A DNA stretch of 64,000 bases, from positions 15,258-79,257 of the forward strand of contig JAZRRE010000010.1 of NCBI GenBank assembly GCA_045650505.1, in the 5' to 3' direction. The notes under the pieces are model-generated. The model did no database searches and was not told the origin of the DNA. It saw only the letters and a program-made list of their open reading frames with translations. Position numbers and translations under genes: made by a program. The first letter of the stretch is position 1; each line of letters opens with the position of its first letter. Positions 16,306 to 25,583 of the stretch are shown here, piece after piece. The stretch comes from Clostridia bacterium. GTDB taxonomy: Bacteria; Bacillota; Clostridia; Christensenellales; UBA1242.

Positions 16306-17043
16306 TTATTCTCCAAAGGTTTGGCAGACAAATCTGTTTGCGATATCGTTTGTTGCCTTTTTCACAGTGATTTCTTTTGGCTTTTCTGTGGCGTAAAGAG
16401 TGTCGCAATCAATAGTGTAAGAAGCAAAAGGTTCATAAGATTTTCCGCTTTCTAAATAGAGTGCATTTTCAAAGTCTTTCGCTCTGCCTTCAAGTGATGC
16501 GTAGGTTTTTCCAGGTTTCAAATAAACCACCATTCCAAAACGATTTAAAAATCTTGAAAGTCTAGATTCAACAATATCATAAGGCATATAAAGTTCTTGC
16601 GAAACATTTAATGCTTCTGCACCGGTGAGATTATAAACTGCGCCAACATCAGCCCCTGCATCTAAAATGAAAGGGGTTTTAAGCATACTCACAGCATCTT
16701 CTAAAAGGCGGGCTTTCCAATAACTCATTGCAACTTTTTTTGCTTTTGGAGTGAGTGATTTTGCATAGTTGCAGTTTGAAAGTCTTTGAACAATTGGTGA
16801 AAGTTCTTTGAAGTCAAAAGTTCTCTTATAAAATTCACCGATATCTTTAAGTTCTGTGGTTTCAACAAGGTCGTGCCATCTGCCAGCCATATCAAAAACA
16901 ATTAAATTTGTGAGCAAATCACTGCTTAAAACAAAGTTTGGCATATTTTTTTCCATAGCAAGATTTTCGCAAACAAAAGTTTTGCCAACTTGTTTTGGAC
17001 CAACCATTGCAATTGATTTTTCTAAAAGTTTTTCATTTACCAT
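16306..17043 (-). CDS. P-loop NTPase-like hypothetical protein
   Basis: Walker A-like MVGPKQVGKT and a possible Walker B FILDAGAD. No further family assignment is possible by eye. Confidence 0.5.
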   Translation of the reverse strand: MVNEKLLEKSIAMVGPKQVGKTFVCENLAMEKNMPNFVLSSDLLTNLIVFDMAGRWHDLVETTELKDIGEFYKRTFDFKELSPIVQRLSNCNYAKSLTPKAKKVAMSYWKARLLEDAVSMLKTPFILDAGADVGAVYNLTGAEALNVSQELYMPYDIVESRLSRFLNRFGMVVYLKPGKTYASLEGRAKDFENALYLESGKSYEPFASYTIDCDTLYATEKPKEITVKKATNDIANRFVCQTFGE

Positions 17044-17106
17044 AATTTTATTTTACACCACTTTTATTTGAATTGCAACAATAAAAAAGACACCCAAAAA
17101 GGTGTC

Positions 17107-18126
17107 TTAAACTTCAATAATGTTAAAACCAGCAGAACGAATCAGTCTGTTATAAACAGCGAGGGAAACGCCTGTGGTTTCAGGGCATCTCACAAACACT
17201 TGCTTTGCGTTTTCTTTGTCAAGTTCACGAAGCACCGCAAACAAGTTGTGGGCTTGTGATTTTGGGTCATCAATCTTTCCATAAGAAATTGCTGAAACAG
17301 GCATAAGTTTTTCTTCACCATCAAAACACATAACAAGAGTGTTTTCTTTTTTGTTGAGTTCAACAAATTTAACAAAGTTTTCAAGTGAGCCTTTCACAAT
17401 GGTTACTTTTGCGTTTGGGGCATAGTGTTTATATTTCATTCCGGGAGAGCGAACAATGCTGTCTGCCTTCACGCCTTCTGTTACTTCTTTTGCGACTTTG
17501 ACTTCTTTGTTTAAAACTTTTTCAATGTCTTCTTTTGTAACAATTCCTGGGCGCAAGATGATAGGGGTTTCTTCAAGCACAGAAATAACGGTTGATTCAA
17601 CACCTGCGTCACTTTCGCCACCATCAATAATGAGTGGAATTTTTCCATTCATATCGGCATAAACATCACTTGCGGTTGTTGGGCTTGGCTTTCCACTTAA
17701 ATTCGCACTTGGGGCAGAAAAGGGAACACCAGAGCGTGAAATAATTTCTCTTGCAATTTCGTTTGCCGGCATTCTAACACCAACACTGTCAAGCCCTGCA
17801 GAGGTTTCTTTGCAAACCTTATTTCCTTTAGGCATAATAATTGTGAGTGGACCTGGCCAAAATTTTTCTGCAAGTTTTTGTGCGTCAGCATTAAATTCAC
17901 TCACAATTCCATCAAGCATATCGATGCTTGCAATGTGAACGATTAGTGGGTTGTCGGCGGGTCTGCCTTTTGCTTCAAAAATCTTTTTGATGGCATTTCC
18001 GTTTGTTGCATCACCAGCAAGACCATAAACGGTTTCAGTTGGAACAGCAACCACTTCGCCACACTTTAAAAGTTTGCAAGCAAGATTTATGCTTTCTTCA
18101 TTTGGTTTTAATAATTTTGTTTCCAT
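17107..18126 (-). CDS. tsaC: L-threonylcarbamoyladenylate synthase (Sua5/YwlC type, with Sua5 C-terminal domain)
   Basis: VVAVPTETVYGLAGDA, ...KGRPADNPLIVHI and SAPSANLSGKPSPT are YrdC/Sua5 motifs. The length fits the two-domain Sua5 form. ATG at 18126 is preferred over GTG at 18132. Confidence 0.85.
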   Translation of the reverse strand: METKLLKPNEESINLACKLLKCGEVVAVPTETVYGLAGDATNGNAIKKIFEAKGRPADNPLIVHIASIDMLDGIVSEFNADAQKLAEKFWPGPLTIIMPKGNKVCKETSAGLDSVGVRMPANEIAREIISRSGVPFSAPSANLSGKPSPTTASDVYADMNGKIPLIIDGGESDAGVESTVISVLEETPIILRPGIVTKEDIEKVLNKEVKVAKEVTEGVKADSIVRSPGMKYKHYAPNAKVTIVKGSLENFVKFVELNKKENTLVMCFDGEEKLMPVSAISYGKIDDPKSQAHNLFAVLRELDKENAKQVFVRCPETTGVSLAVYNRLIRSAGFNIIEV

Positions 18127-18225
18127 AAACACATTTTAGCATTATTAGTAAATTTGTTCAATTATATTTTCACAAATAAAAATAAAAAACTCACGAAATT
18201 TCGTGAGTTTTTGTTTTGGTTTAGT

Positions 18226-18807
18226 TTAGAAAAATAAGTGTTCAATCAAGATTTTTGCACCGATTAAAACGATTACAAGTCCACCAAGAAAAGTTGCGAT
18301 TTTTCTGTGTTTTTCACCACAGCGTTTGCCGATGAGTGCGCCAACAAAACTTAAAGAGAAAGTGAAAATTCCAATAAGTGAAACGGCTAAAACAATGTTT
18401 GTTTCAACCATTGCAAATGTTACGCCAACTGCAAGTGCATCAATGCTGGTTGCAATTGCAAGAAGAAGCATTTTTGAAATTGATAAATCATTTTTATCTT
18501 CTTCGTTGTCATCTGCTTCAAGTGGAAGTTCTTTCTTTGAAAGAGCTTCAATAATCATTTTTCCACCAATGAAGAGAAGAAGCACAAATGCAATCCAATG
18601 GTCGAATCGTTCAATCATTTCAGAAAACACGCTTCCAATAAGGAAACCGATTAGTGGCATTATCATTTGAAATAAACTAAACCAGATTCCGCAAAGTAGG
18701 GCAGTTTTTCGTGTTTTGCATGGGCACGATAATCCTTTGCAAACTGAAACTGCAAATGCGTCCATTGACACGCCAACAGCAATAATAAGTAGTTCTAAAA
18801 TTCCCAT
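18226..18807 (-). CDS. mntP: Manganese efflux pump MntP (DUF204)
   Basis: MGILELLIIAVGVSMDAFAVSV and the second-half motif ATSIDALAVGV are present. The start is moved to ATG 18807 (SD AAAGGA). The 38 codons upstream in the ORF track are AT-rich leader. Confidence 0.85.
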   Translation of the reverse strand: MGILELLIIAVGVSMDAFAVSVCKGLSCPCKTRKTALLCGIWFSLFQMIMPLIGFLIGSVFSEMIERFDHWIAFVLLLFIGGKMIIEALSKKELPLEADDNEEDKNDLSISKMLLLAIATSIDALAVGVTFAMVETNIVLAVSLIGIFTFSLSFVGALIGKRCGEKHRKIATFLGGLVIVLIGAKILIEHLFF

Positions 18808-18989
18808 AAAAATTCCTTTGTAAATTATACGATTAAAGTTTAGCAAAAATAAACAAAGAAAGCAAATTTTATTTAGCAGATTATTAAGTGTTTTTATATT
18901 CAAAAATTGACAAATTTTCAAATTAGCAAATTTTAAGTTTGACTAGTTCAAAATTCGTTTGTTATACTTTTGTTAGAGTAGGGGGATTT

Positions 18990-19832
18990 ATGGCAAGAAT
19001 TGCAGTAATTTCAGATATTCACGCTAATTTAGAGTCACTTAAAAGTGTTTTAGATGACATAAAGAAACAAAATATTGACCAGATTATTTGCCTTGGTGAT
19101 ATTATTGGCAAAGGTGTTAATGCGCATGAATGTATTAAGCTTGTTCGAAAGCACGCTGACATTGTGATTATGGGCAATGTTGATGAGCGTTTTTGCGAAA
19201 ACCCTGAAGAGTTTAAAGATGACAAACTTGAACATATGAGAATCTCTTTTAATCAGTCACTTATGACCGCCGAAGATATGGATTATCTTCGAAGTTTGCC
19301 TTATTCAACAGAGTTTTATTTGTCTGGCAATTTGGTTAGAATGTATCATTCAAACCCTAAATCGTTTAAAATTAACATAAACCATTTTGACACAAACTTT
19401 AAAAAGAAACTTAAAATGTTTGAACCGGGAGAGTTCACCATTTCAAACAAAATTGCTGACCTTGTTGTGTTTGGGCATTTGCATTATCAGTTTATGGAAA
19501 AGTTTTATAACCGAACACTTGTCAACTGTGGAAGTGTGGGAAATTCTGGCTGTTTGATTCACGATGAAAAATATAACGCAGAGCCTCGTGAAATTGTGCA
19601 AGCGCATTATTTGATTTTAGAAGGCGAACTTGACAGTGAAGATAAAAGTGATGAGTTAAGCATCATTTTTAGAAGTGTTAATTATGACATTGAAAAAGAA
19701 CTTGAATCAGGGCTTAATAACCCTGAATTTGAAGATTATGAAAAAGAACTCAAAAAGGCAAGATATCGTTATATTCAAAGAGAAAAAGAAACCCTTAAAA
19801 CATTTGGCTATAAGTTTGAAGATGAAAATTAA
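18990..19832 (+). CDS. Metallophosphoesterase (calcineurin-like)
   Basis: The motifs are ISDIHAN, GDIIGKG, GNVD and GHLH. The start is moved to ATG 18990 (SD GGGGGA). Confidence 0.8.
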   Translation: MARIAVISDIHANLESLKSVLDDIKKQNIDQIICLGDIIGKGVNAHECIKLVRKHADIVIMGNVDERFCENPEEFKDDKLEHMRISFNQSLMTAEDMDYLRSLPYSTEFYLSGNLVRMYHSNPKSFKININHFDTNFKKKLKMFEPGEFTISNKIADLVVFGHLHYQFMEKFYNRTLVNCGSVGNSGCLIHDEKYNAEPREIVQAHYLILEGELDSEDKSDELSIIFRSVNYDIEKELESGLNNPEFEDYEKELKKARYRYIQREKETLKTFGYKFEDEN

Positions 19833-19833
19833 A

Positions 19834-19861
19834 AAGACGGAAAACTTCCGTCTTTTTTTTG
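19834..19861. terminator. Bidirectional intrinsic terminator shared by convergent genes
   Basis: GACGGAA-aac-TTCCGTC with an A-run before and a T8 run after. Confidence 0.8.
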
Positions 19862-19862
19862 T

Positions 19863-20171
19863 TTAGCAGTAGCCGTCTTGACCTGGTTTGCTTGGGTCAG
19901 AGTAAAGATTTTTATATGTGTTTAAATTTGTGAGAGTTTCTTTTTCAACTTTGTTAAATTGAGTTAAAATGTTTTCAAGCAAATCGTTAAGAGCAGTGCC
20001 TTTATAATGTGTGCTTAAAAATTCAAGTTCTGATTTGATGATTTTGTAAAGATTGAATTTGTCTTGAACTCTAAAATTATCTTTTGAAATTGAAATGAGT
20101 TGTGAAGAAACATTTACGCAAATGTTATATGCTTCAATATCTGAAAGCATTGGAATATTATTTTCGTTCAT
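19863..20171 (-). CDS. Hypothetical protein (102 aa)
   Basis: ORF with SD (AGGAGGG upstream of ATG 20171). No recognisable motif. Confidence 0.5.
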   Translation of the reverse strand: MNENNIPMLSDIEAYNICVNVSSQLISISKDNFRVQDKFNLYKIIKSELEFLSTHYKGTALNDLLENILTQFNKVEKETLTNLNTYKNLYSDPSKPGQDGYC

Positions 20172-20309
20172 AATATAGCCCTCCTGAATTTAGCATCAGT
20201 ATAAGAAACGAAAAGTTTGTTGTCAATATATGATTAGTTTTATTTATAGTGGGGAATAATATGATAAAAATGGGTGATAAAAATTTTTTAAAAAAATTGA
20301 TAAAAAGTG

Positions 20310-20338
20310 TTGCATTATTTTAAAAGGTGTTATATAAT
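20310..20338 (+). promoter_or_regulatory. Promoter for tRNA-Asn
   Basis: TTGCAT at 20310-20315, a 17-nt spacer and TATAAT at 20333-20338. Confidence 0.55.
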
Positions 20339-20372
20339 ACCATTGTTCGCTTGAAGAACAATAACTTAATAT

Positions 20373-20447
20373 TCCCCAGTAGCTCAGTGGTGGAGCACTC
20401 GACTGTTAATCGATAGGCCGTAGGTTCGAACCCTACCTGGGGAGCCA
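20373..20447 (+). tRNA. tRNA-Asn (anticodon GUU), encoded CCA end
   Basis: The sequence is TCCCCAGTAGCTCAGTGGTGGAGCACTCGACTGTTAATCGATAGGCCGTAGGTTCGAACCCTACCTGGGGAGCCA. It has a 7-bp acceptor stem, anticodon loop CTGTTAA and a GGTTCGAAC T-loop. Confidence 0.9.
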
Positions 20448-20451
20448 AATT

Positions 20452-20478
20452 GGAAGACTGAAAGGTCTTCCTTTTTTT
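20452..20478 (+). terminator. Intrinsic terminator after tRNA-Asn
   Basis: GGAAGAC-tgaaag-GTCTTCC followed by T7. Confidence 0.8.
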
Positions 20479-20543
20479 GTGGAAATTTTATTGGATTGAT
20501 TTTAGTGTGAAAATATGGTATAATGAAATTAGGAGGGTTTGTT

Positions 20544-21938
20544 ATGAGTGTAAGTGATAATATTGCATTATTTAATTCGAAAATTGACAAAACCTATTGG
20601 ACAGAACAGGTGATAAACAATCACACAATTGCAGTTCTTTCTGATGAAAATTATTATAAACTTTTGCAAAAACCTTATGTTAAAGTGGGGGAAAACAGCG
20701 GAACAGCAACCAGATTTAGCACAAATAATTTTGCAGAATATTTTGTTTGCAGGAAAACAGAAGATACTGTTGCGGTTGTAAACTCTGTGAAAACACAAGG
20801 TTCGATTCCAACAAAAATTTCTATTGCAACATATTATGCATATTTTGATGAAAGAGAGAGTGCACGAAAAATTGCAATTTTGAACAGGTTTGACCAAACA
20901 GGGCACCCTCACGAAAATCATTTAGATGTTTATGGCTATGCTCCAACATCAAAAGAGTATGCTTTTTATAAAAAATATTTGGCTGATATTGTGATTCCTG
21001 ATGCTGGAGGCGAAAAATATCAAGTTAAGTTGCCACATATGCATTTCAACACAAGAAGTCAAACTTTGAGATTCAATCATCACGACAAGGCAAATGCTAT
21101 TAGTATTGAAAAATTGATGGAATATATTGCTGATTTGAAGGCTGAAATTGACCCATCGGCTATTATCAATAATGTTGATATGGGTATGCCTTTTCTTGAT
21201 TTAAAAAATGCAAAACTCACATACTCTTCAACAATGCTTTCAGCACTTAACAATATTGTTGGTTTTTTTGAGGCAGAACAAAGAATTCGACCAGATAAAT
21301 TTACGGAGTATGAAAAAGAAACAGTTAATTTAATGAAGTCTTTAATCAATATTGACCCTGATTCATATATTAGCAGTGCAACACATGCACCAACACCAGT
21401 TTCAGGCCCTTCTGGCGGGCCGGTTTCAACACCAACCGGCAGTGGTTCAACAGATTCAACCGGTGGCGGTTCGGGTTCATCTTCAACTGTTTCAGGGCCG
21501 GCTTCAAGACTTCGCGATGATGACATAAGATATATCATTAGTGAACTTCCTGTGCTTGATGATTTAAGACTTGTTGAACTTTATGAAGTTAAGGCAGAAC
21601 TTTCAAGGTATGTTAGATATCTTGAAAAAGATGGTAAAGAGATTTATAGGGAAGCAGGTGGTGAATCTTTACAAAGAAGAAATAGAGAAGGCGAAGAACA
21701 ACGAAAAATTTATAAGGCTTATTTGAAATATGTTAAGGGATTGATTAATCTTGAATCAATTTCAAAAGACCTTAAAAAATATATGATGATTTATAATTTT
21801 TTGAACGAAAGAGACAATTTGCTTATGAGTTTTGTTTCAAAAGAATTGCTTAAAAATTTAACGGTTAACATTAAAACCCCAAGCAATTTTGAAAAAGGAG
21901 GCGTTAATTATGACCCAACAGAAAGTCAACCTTATTAG
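20544..21938 (+). CDS. Hypothetical protein with a central Gly/Ser/Pro/Thr-rich linker
   Basis: The start is moved to ATG 20544 (SD AGGAGGG). The linker is PTPVSGPSGGPVSTPTGSGSTDSTGGGSGSSSTVSGP, followed by a charged helical C-terminal part. No family recognised. Confidence 0.6.
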   Translation: MSVSDNIALFNSKIDKTYWTEQVINNHTIAVLSDENYYKLLQKPYVKVGENSGTATRFSTNNFAEYFVCRKTEDTVAVVNSVKTQGSIPTKISIATYYAYFDERESARKIAILNRFDQTGHPHENHLDVYGYAPTSKEYAFYKKYLADIVIPDAGGEKYQVKLPHMHFNTRSQTLRFNHHDKANAISIEKLMEYIADLKAEIDPSAIINNVDMGMPFLDLKNAKLTYSSTMLSALNNIVGFFEAEQRIRPDKFTEYEKETVNLMKSLINIDPDSYISSATHAPTPVSGPSGGPVSTPTGSGSTDSTGGGSGSSSTVSGPASRLRDDDIRYIISELPVLDDLRLVELYEVKAELSRYVRYLEKDGKEIYREAGGESLQRRNREGEEQRKIYKAYLKYVKGLINLESISKDLKKYMMIYNFLNERDNLLMSFVSKELLKNLTVNIKTPSNFEKGGVNYDPTESQPY

Positions 21939-22263
21939 TGAATTGAAAAAACTGAAAACTGTTGCAAATTGTTATGAATATTATGAATATATTAAGATTG
22001 ATACAACTTGCTCAATTGAATATAGTCACGAATTTTTAACTTTATATGCAAAACAAAATGGAAATGATATTTTAATTTCTGATTTAAATGAAATTTTAGA
22101 AGATGCCGATTATTATAAGCTTGCAGATGAAGACGTTAAAAATGTTGCAGAAAAAAATGGTTTAGATTTTGATGGGGTTTCAATTTTTAAAACCATTACC
22201 ATTAAAGAATTGGCTAAAACCATTGATAGTTTTTTCAATGTTGTTAAGGCTTTGAAATTATAA
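21910..22263 (+). CDS. Hypothetical protein (117 aa), overlapping the upstream gene by 29 nt
   Basis: SD GGAGG at 21897-21901 lies 8 nt before ATG 21910. No recognisable motif. Confidence 0.55.
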   Translation: MTQQKVNLISELKKLKTVANCYEYYEYIKIDTTCSIEYSHEFLTLYAKQNGNDILISDLNEILEDADYYKLADEDVKNVAEKNGLDFDGVSIFKTITIKELAKTIDSFFNVVKALKL

Positions 22264-22290
22264 AAAAAGAAGACCATTTGGTCTTCTTTT
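22264..22290. terminator. Bidirectional intrinsic terminator between convergent genes
   Basis: GAAGACC-attt-GGTCTTC with A7 before and T4 after. Confidence 0.8.
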
Positions 22291-23207
22291 TACATTCCTA
22301 AATCTTTGCCGATGGTGTTTTGATTATATTCCCAAAGGCGATTTATTGGGTCAATAATTTTATTTTTTGATTTGCCGTGAAGATGTTTTTCTTTAACGGC
22401 TTGTTTTATGTCGGCGGGAAAGTCGTGTTTTAAAGCACTTATCAAGGTTTCAAGGTTGTGTTTTGAAAGAACACCATCTTGAATAAGCTCACGAATGTCT
22501 TTCACTCTTTGCATATAATTTATGTGGTCGTATTTTTGCTGTGGAGTTGCACTTTCATAAGGTATAAGCAAAAAGTTTGAAAAGTCATCTTTGCCGCCAT
22601 CACAATGAAAATATATGGCCATTTGTTCAATGTCAAAAGTGATAACTCCTTCATATTTGTCGGCATATTTAGATTTATAAAAGAAATAGTTTCTTGTGTG
22701 TCTATCGATATCGGTTCGAAGTTCATCTATTAAAAACACATTTTTAAGTTGGTCTAAACAATCTGGTGTCATAAAATTTAAAAGTCTGTTTATAAGGTTT
22801 GTGTCATAAAAGATATCCCATTTGTTTTTGCCAAAAAAATCTTTTACAATTTGGCTATATTCATAATCACAGCCAGCAAGAATGGTGTAAAGAAAATCTA
22901 TGCTTGAAATGTCTTGCTGAAGGGTTGATGAGTTTTGTTTATCGTTATCGTGAATCAAGTGAATTTGTGGGGTCAAAATGCCAATGTCGTTATACATTGT
23001 TGATGATGCCATTCCTGCAAGGGCAGATTGATTGTCGGTCTGTTTAAAAATAAAATGGTTTGGTGCGTTTGGAATTTGTATTTTTTTTGTTGAAAGACTT
23101 AAGTTTTCAATGGTTCTAACAAATCTTGATTCTTTTTTTGAACCTAAAATTTTTGCTGAATCTTCAACACTTTTGCTATTTAAAAATTCTGCAATTTTCT
23201 TTTCCAT
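22290..23207 (-). CDS. Hypothetical protein with a HipA-like / protein-kinase-like catalytic-loop motif
   Basis: The start is moved to ATG 23207 (SD AAGGAGG 5 nt upstream). The motif is VFLIDELRTDIDRHTRNYFFY...(24 residues from the DRH Asp)...ITFDIEQ. This resembles the HipA_C pattern N-x-D-D-H-x-K-N-x-S ... P-x-Y-D. Confidence 0.55.
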   Translation of the reverse strand: MEKKIAEFLNSKSVEDSAKILGSKKESRFVRTIENLSLSTKKIQIPNAPNHFIFKQTDNQSALAGMASSTMYNDIGILTPQIHLIHDNDKQNSSTLQQDISSIDFLYTILAGCDYEYSQIVKDFFGKNKWDIFYDTNLINRLLNFMTPDCLDQLKNVFLIDELRTDIDRHTRNYFFYKSKYADKYEGVITFDIEQMAIYFHCDGGKDDFSNFLLIPYESATPQQKYDHINYMQRVKDIRELIQDGVLSKHNLETLISALKHDFPADIKQAVKEKHLHGKSKNKIIDPINRLWEYNQNTIGKDLGM

Positions 23208-23348
23208 TTGCACCTCCTTTTAGTTTAAGATATTTTACAATCAAAACAACCTCGTGTCAATATGGAATGTGTTTTAAATATTGAGAAAAGTTTTGATTTG
23301 TGGTATAATGTTATTATCAAATATATCGGTTAAGATTGGAGAAGTTTT

Positions 23349-24866
23349 ATGGATATTAAAACCATATTGAAAGATTCGAATTTTATTGATTTTGTTGACG
23401 ATGTTTCAAAGATGAAAATTGATATTTTTGAAACCGTTGACAAAAGTCGTGGTTTTGGAATAACTCGTTCAAAGTTTAGAGTTTCTTATGATAAAGTGAT
23501 TGAAAATTCTAATATTTATTGCGATTGTTATAATTTTTATGTTAAGGCTATGCAAAACTTGAAAGATTTATATTCCTCTTATACTGCAGAGTTTGCAACC
23601 ATTGATGATTTTGCAGAGGCTTTATTTGAAAAGTTAAAAAATTATGTTGTGAACTCAAATGTTTTGCCATCTAATAACAATGCTTCAAAAAGAGTGTTGA
23701 GCCCAACAGAAAAGACATATTATGATGGTAAAAAACTTGATTATTTAAAACTTGTTTTAACGCAGGTTATTCCTGAACTAAACACTTTGTCGGCAGTTAA
23801 AGTTTTAGAAAATGCTAGTGCTGAAGAAATTGCAAACTTTATTGATGAGGCAGAATTAAAGGTTGATGAGATTATCGATGCGTTGGGCAAGGATAAAACA
23901 AACACCAAGATTAGAAATACAATTTTGCATGAATATCTTGTGACTTATCTTCCAGAATCATTTATGCAAGGTGATAATCTTGCAACACAAAAGATTGAAA
24001 TTAACACAACTAGATTTAGTGGCAAAGACCCAAAGTATGCTGCAACTCCAGGGCATCTTAAATCACTTGCATTTTTAGAAAATTTTATCTTGGCAAACAA
24101 ACTTGGACTCACCGCAAAAAATATTGCATTTGATGGGTTTAGATTTTTTGATTTAACAACAGGAAATTCAATTGGTGTTAACACAAGAAATTTGCATAGC
24201 ACAATGCTCTCAAACGCAGACAGATATTTGCAATCTAACTTTGTTTTAGATGAAGATTTTGCAAGAGCACTTTTAACACTTCCAAAGAAGTTTTCTAAAA
24301 TTCGTGGAAAAGATTGTGTTCAAACAACCACAGTTGTTGATGGTGACACCATTGAAACAACAAAACTTCTTTATCGTAAAAAATTTGTTACTCACGACCC
24401 AATCAGAACAAAGGCTTTTCATTTAAATTTAGAACTTGGAAATTTCTGCAAGGTTAGAGAAGTTAATAAAACAAAGGGCACATATAGTTATATGTTGTTT
24501 TATTATCCAGACCAAGAGGGAGAACAACCAATTCAACTTTTTAGAATTGATAAGGTTGAGAGTACTTTTAAAGGTGCTCCGGCAAGTCATAATTTGAGAG
24601 GTAAAGAAAAAATAGAAACAACACTTCATGCTCACACATATAATCTTATTGATGCAACACTTAAAAATTATACAAAAGATGAAAGTTTGGGAAAAATGGA
24701 TTTGAGTCATATTTTTTCTGACACAAGTGATTTGGATAGAAAAATTATTGAAGAATACTTTGATTGTTTTTGCGGAATTCACGGTCAACATTTAAGAAGA
24801 GTGAATCAGGCAAAGTTTGCGGGTTATTTTGGAAAATATGAGCCCGTTGAGTATGGTTTTGATTAA
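23349..24866 (+). CDS. Hypothetical protein (505 aa)
   Basis: Long ORF with promoter-like TTGAGA-17-TATAAT upstream (TGgTATAAT). No family recognised. Confidence 0.6.
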   Translation: MDIKTILKDSNFIDFVDDVSKMKIDIFETVDKSRGFGITRSKFRVSYDKVIENSNIYCDCYNFYVKAMQNLKDLYSSYTAEFATIDDFAEALFEKLKNYVVNSNVLPSNNNASKRVLSPTEKTYYDGKKLDYLKLVLTQVIPELNTLSAVKVLENASAEEIANFIDEAELKVDEIIDALGKDKTNTKIRNTILHEYLVTYLPESFMQGDNLATQKIEINTTRFSGKDPKYAATPGHLKSLAFLENFILANKLGLTAKNIAFDGFRFFDLTTGNSIGVNTRNLHSTMLSNADRYLQSNFVLDEDFARALLTLPKKFSKIRGKDCVQTTTVVDGDTIETTKLLYRKKFVTHDPIRTKAFHLNLELGNFCKVREVNKTKGTYSYMLFYYPDQEGEQPIQLFRIDKVESTFKGAPASHNLRGKEKIETTLHAHTYNLIDATLKNYTKDESLGKMDLSHIFSDTSDLDRKIIEEYFDCFCGIHGQHLRRVNQAKFAGYFGKYEPVEYGFD

Positions 24867-24868
24867 TA

Positions 24869-24901
24869 AAAAAGGAAGACTGAAGAGTCTTCCTTTTTTT
24901 G
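24869..24901 (+). terminator. Intrinsic terminator
   Basis: AAGGAAGACT-gaag-AGTCTTCCTT followed by a T-run. Confidence 0.8.
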
Positions 24902-24964
24902 TTTGACATATAAATTTGTTTTTTGCAATAATGAAAGCGAAAAATAAACAAAAGAGGTTTTTAT

Positions 24965-25474
24965 ATGAGCAAAATAAAAAGTTTTTTTAAGCACAAATTT
25001 GTTATTGTGGCACTTTGCATTTTTCTTTCTGGTGTTGCAACTTTTAGTGTTTTGCAAATGATTCCAAGAGCAGCAAGTTACACAAGTTTGGTTGAAATGA
25101 CAGTTATGGAACAAGAGTTTGAAATGAAAGTTAAATTTAAAGGTGGAAAGATTGTTACAACAAACAAGATAGGTGACGGAGAAGAAACTGTGGTTTCTGA
25201 AAAAGATTATGAAATTACAGATGGCGAGCTTTATGTTGAAGGTGAAAAATGGGGCGAAATTGATGTTTATGGAATACACATAAAATCAGGAATCGTTTTT
25301 AACGGAAAGGCTGCTGATGTGGGTTATGAGTGCAAACCTGCAAAAATTGCAAGAATTGTTTCATTTGGTTTTATTGCACTTGGTGGTTTGATGCTTGGAC
25401 TTGCTGTTTATGTTGGTGTTACAAAAAAGCCAAAGGTAAGCAAGACAATATCAGGAACATCAGAACAACAATAA
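24965..25474 (+). CDS. Small membrane protein (N- and C-terminal TM helices)
   Basis: FVIVALCIFLSGVATFSVL and IVSFGFIALGGLMLGLAVYVGV. SD AGAGG is present. Confidence 0.6.
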   Translation: MSKIKSFFKHKFVIVALCIFLSGVATFSVLQMIPRAASYTSLVEMTVMEQEFEMKVKFKGGKIVTTNKIGDGEETVVSEKDYEITDGELYVEGEKWGEIDVYGIHIKSGIVFNGKAADVGYECKPAKIARIVSFGFIALGGLMLGLAVYVGVTKKPKVSKTISGTSEQQ

Positions 25475-25583
25475 ATTAGAAAGAAGACCAGATTTCCTGG
25501 TCTTTTTATTTGGCTTATAAAAGTGCTATATTTTTTTGCGTTTAAATATTTTCAAAAATACTATATACAAAGTGGCATAAATA

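Noticed and set aside
18808-18938. yybP-ykoY manganese riboswitch upstream of mntP
   Set aside because: I read the minus-strand leader and found no conserved riboswitch core. There are no GGGGAGTAG-like or GAGACA-type segments and no four-way junction pairing. The leader is plain AT-rich promoter sequence.
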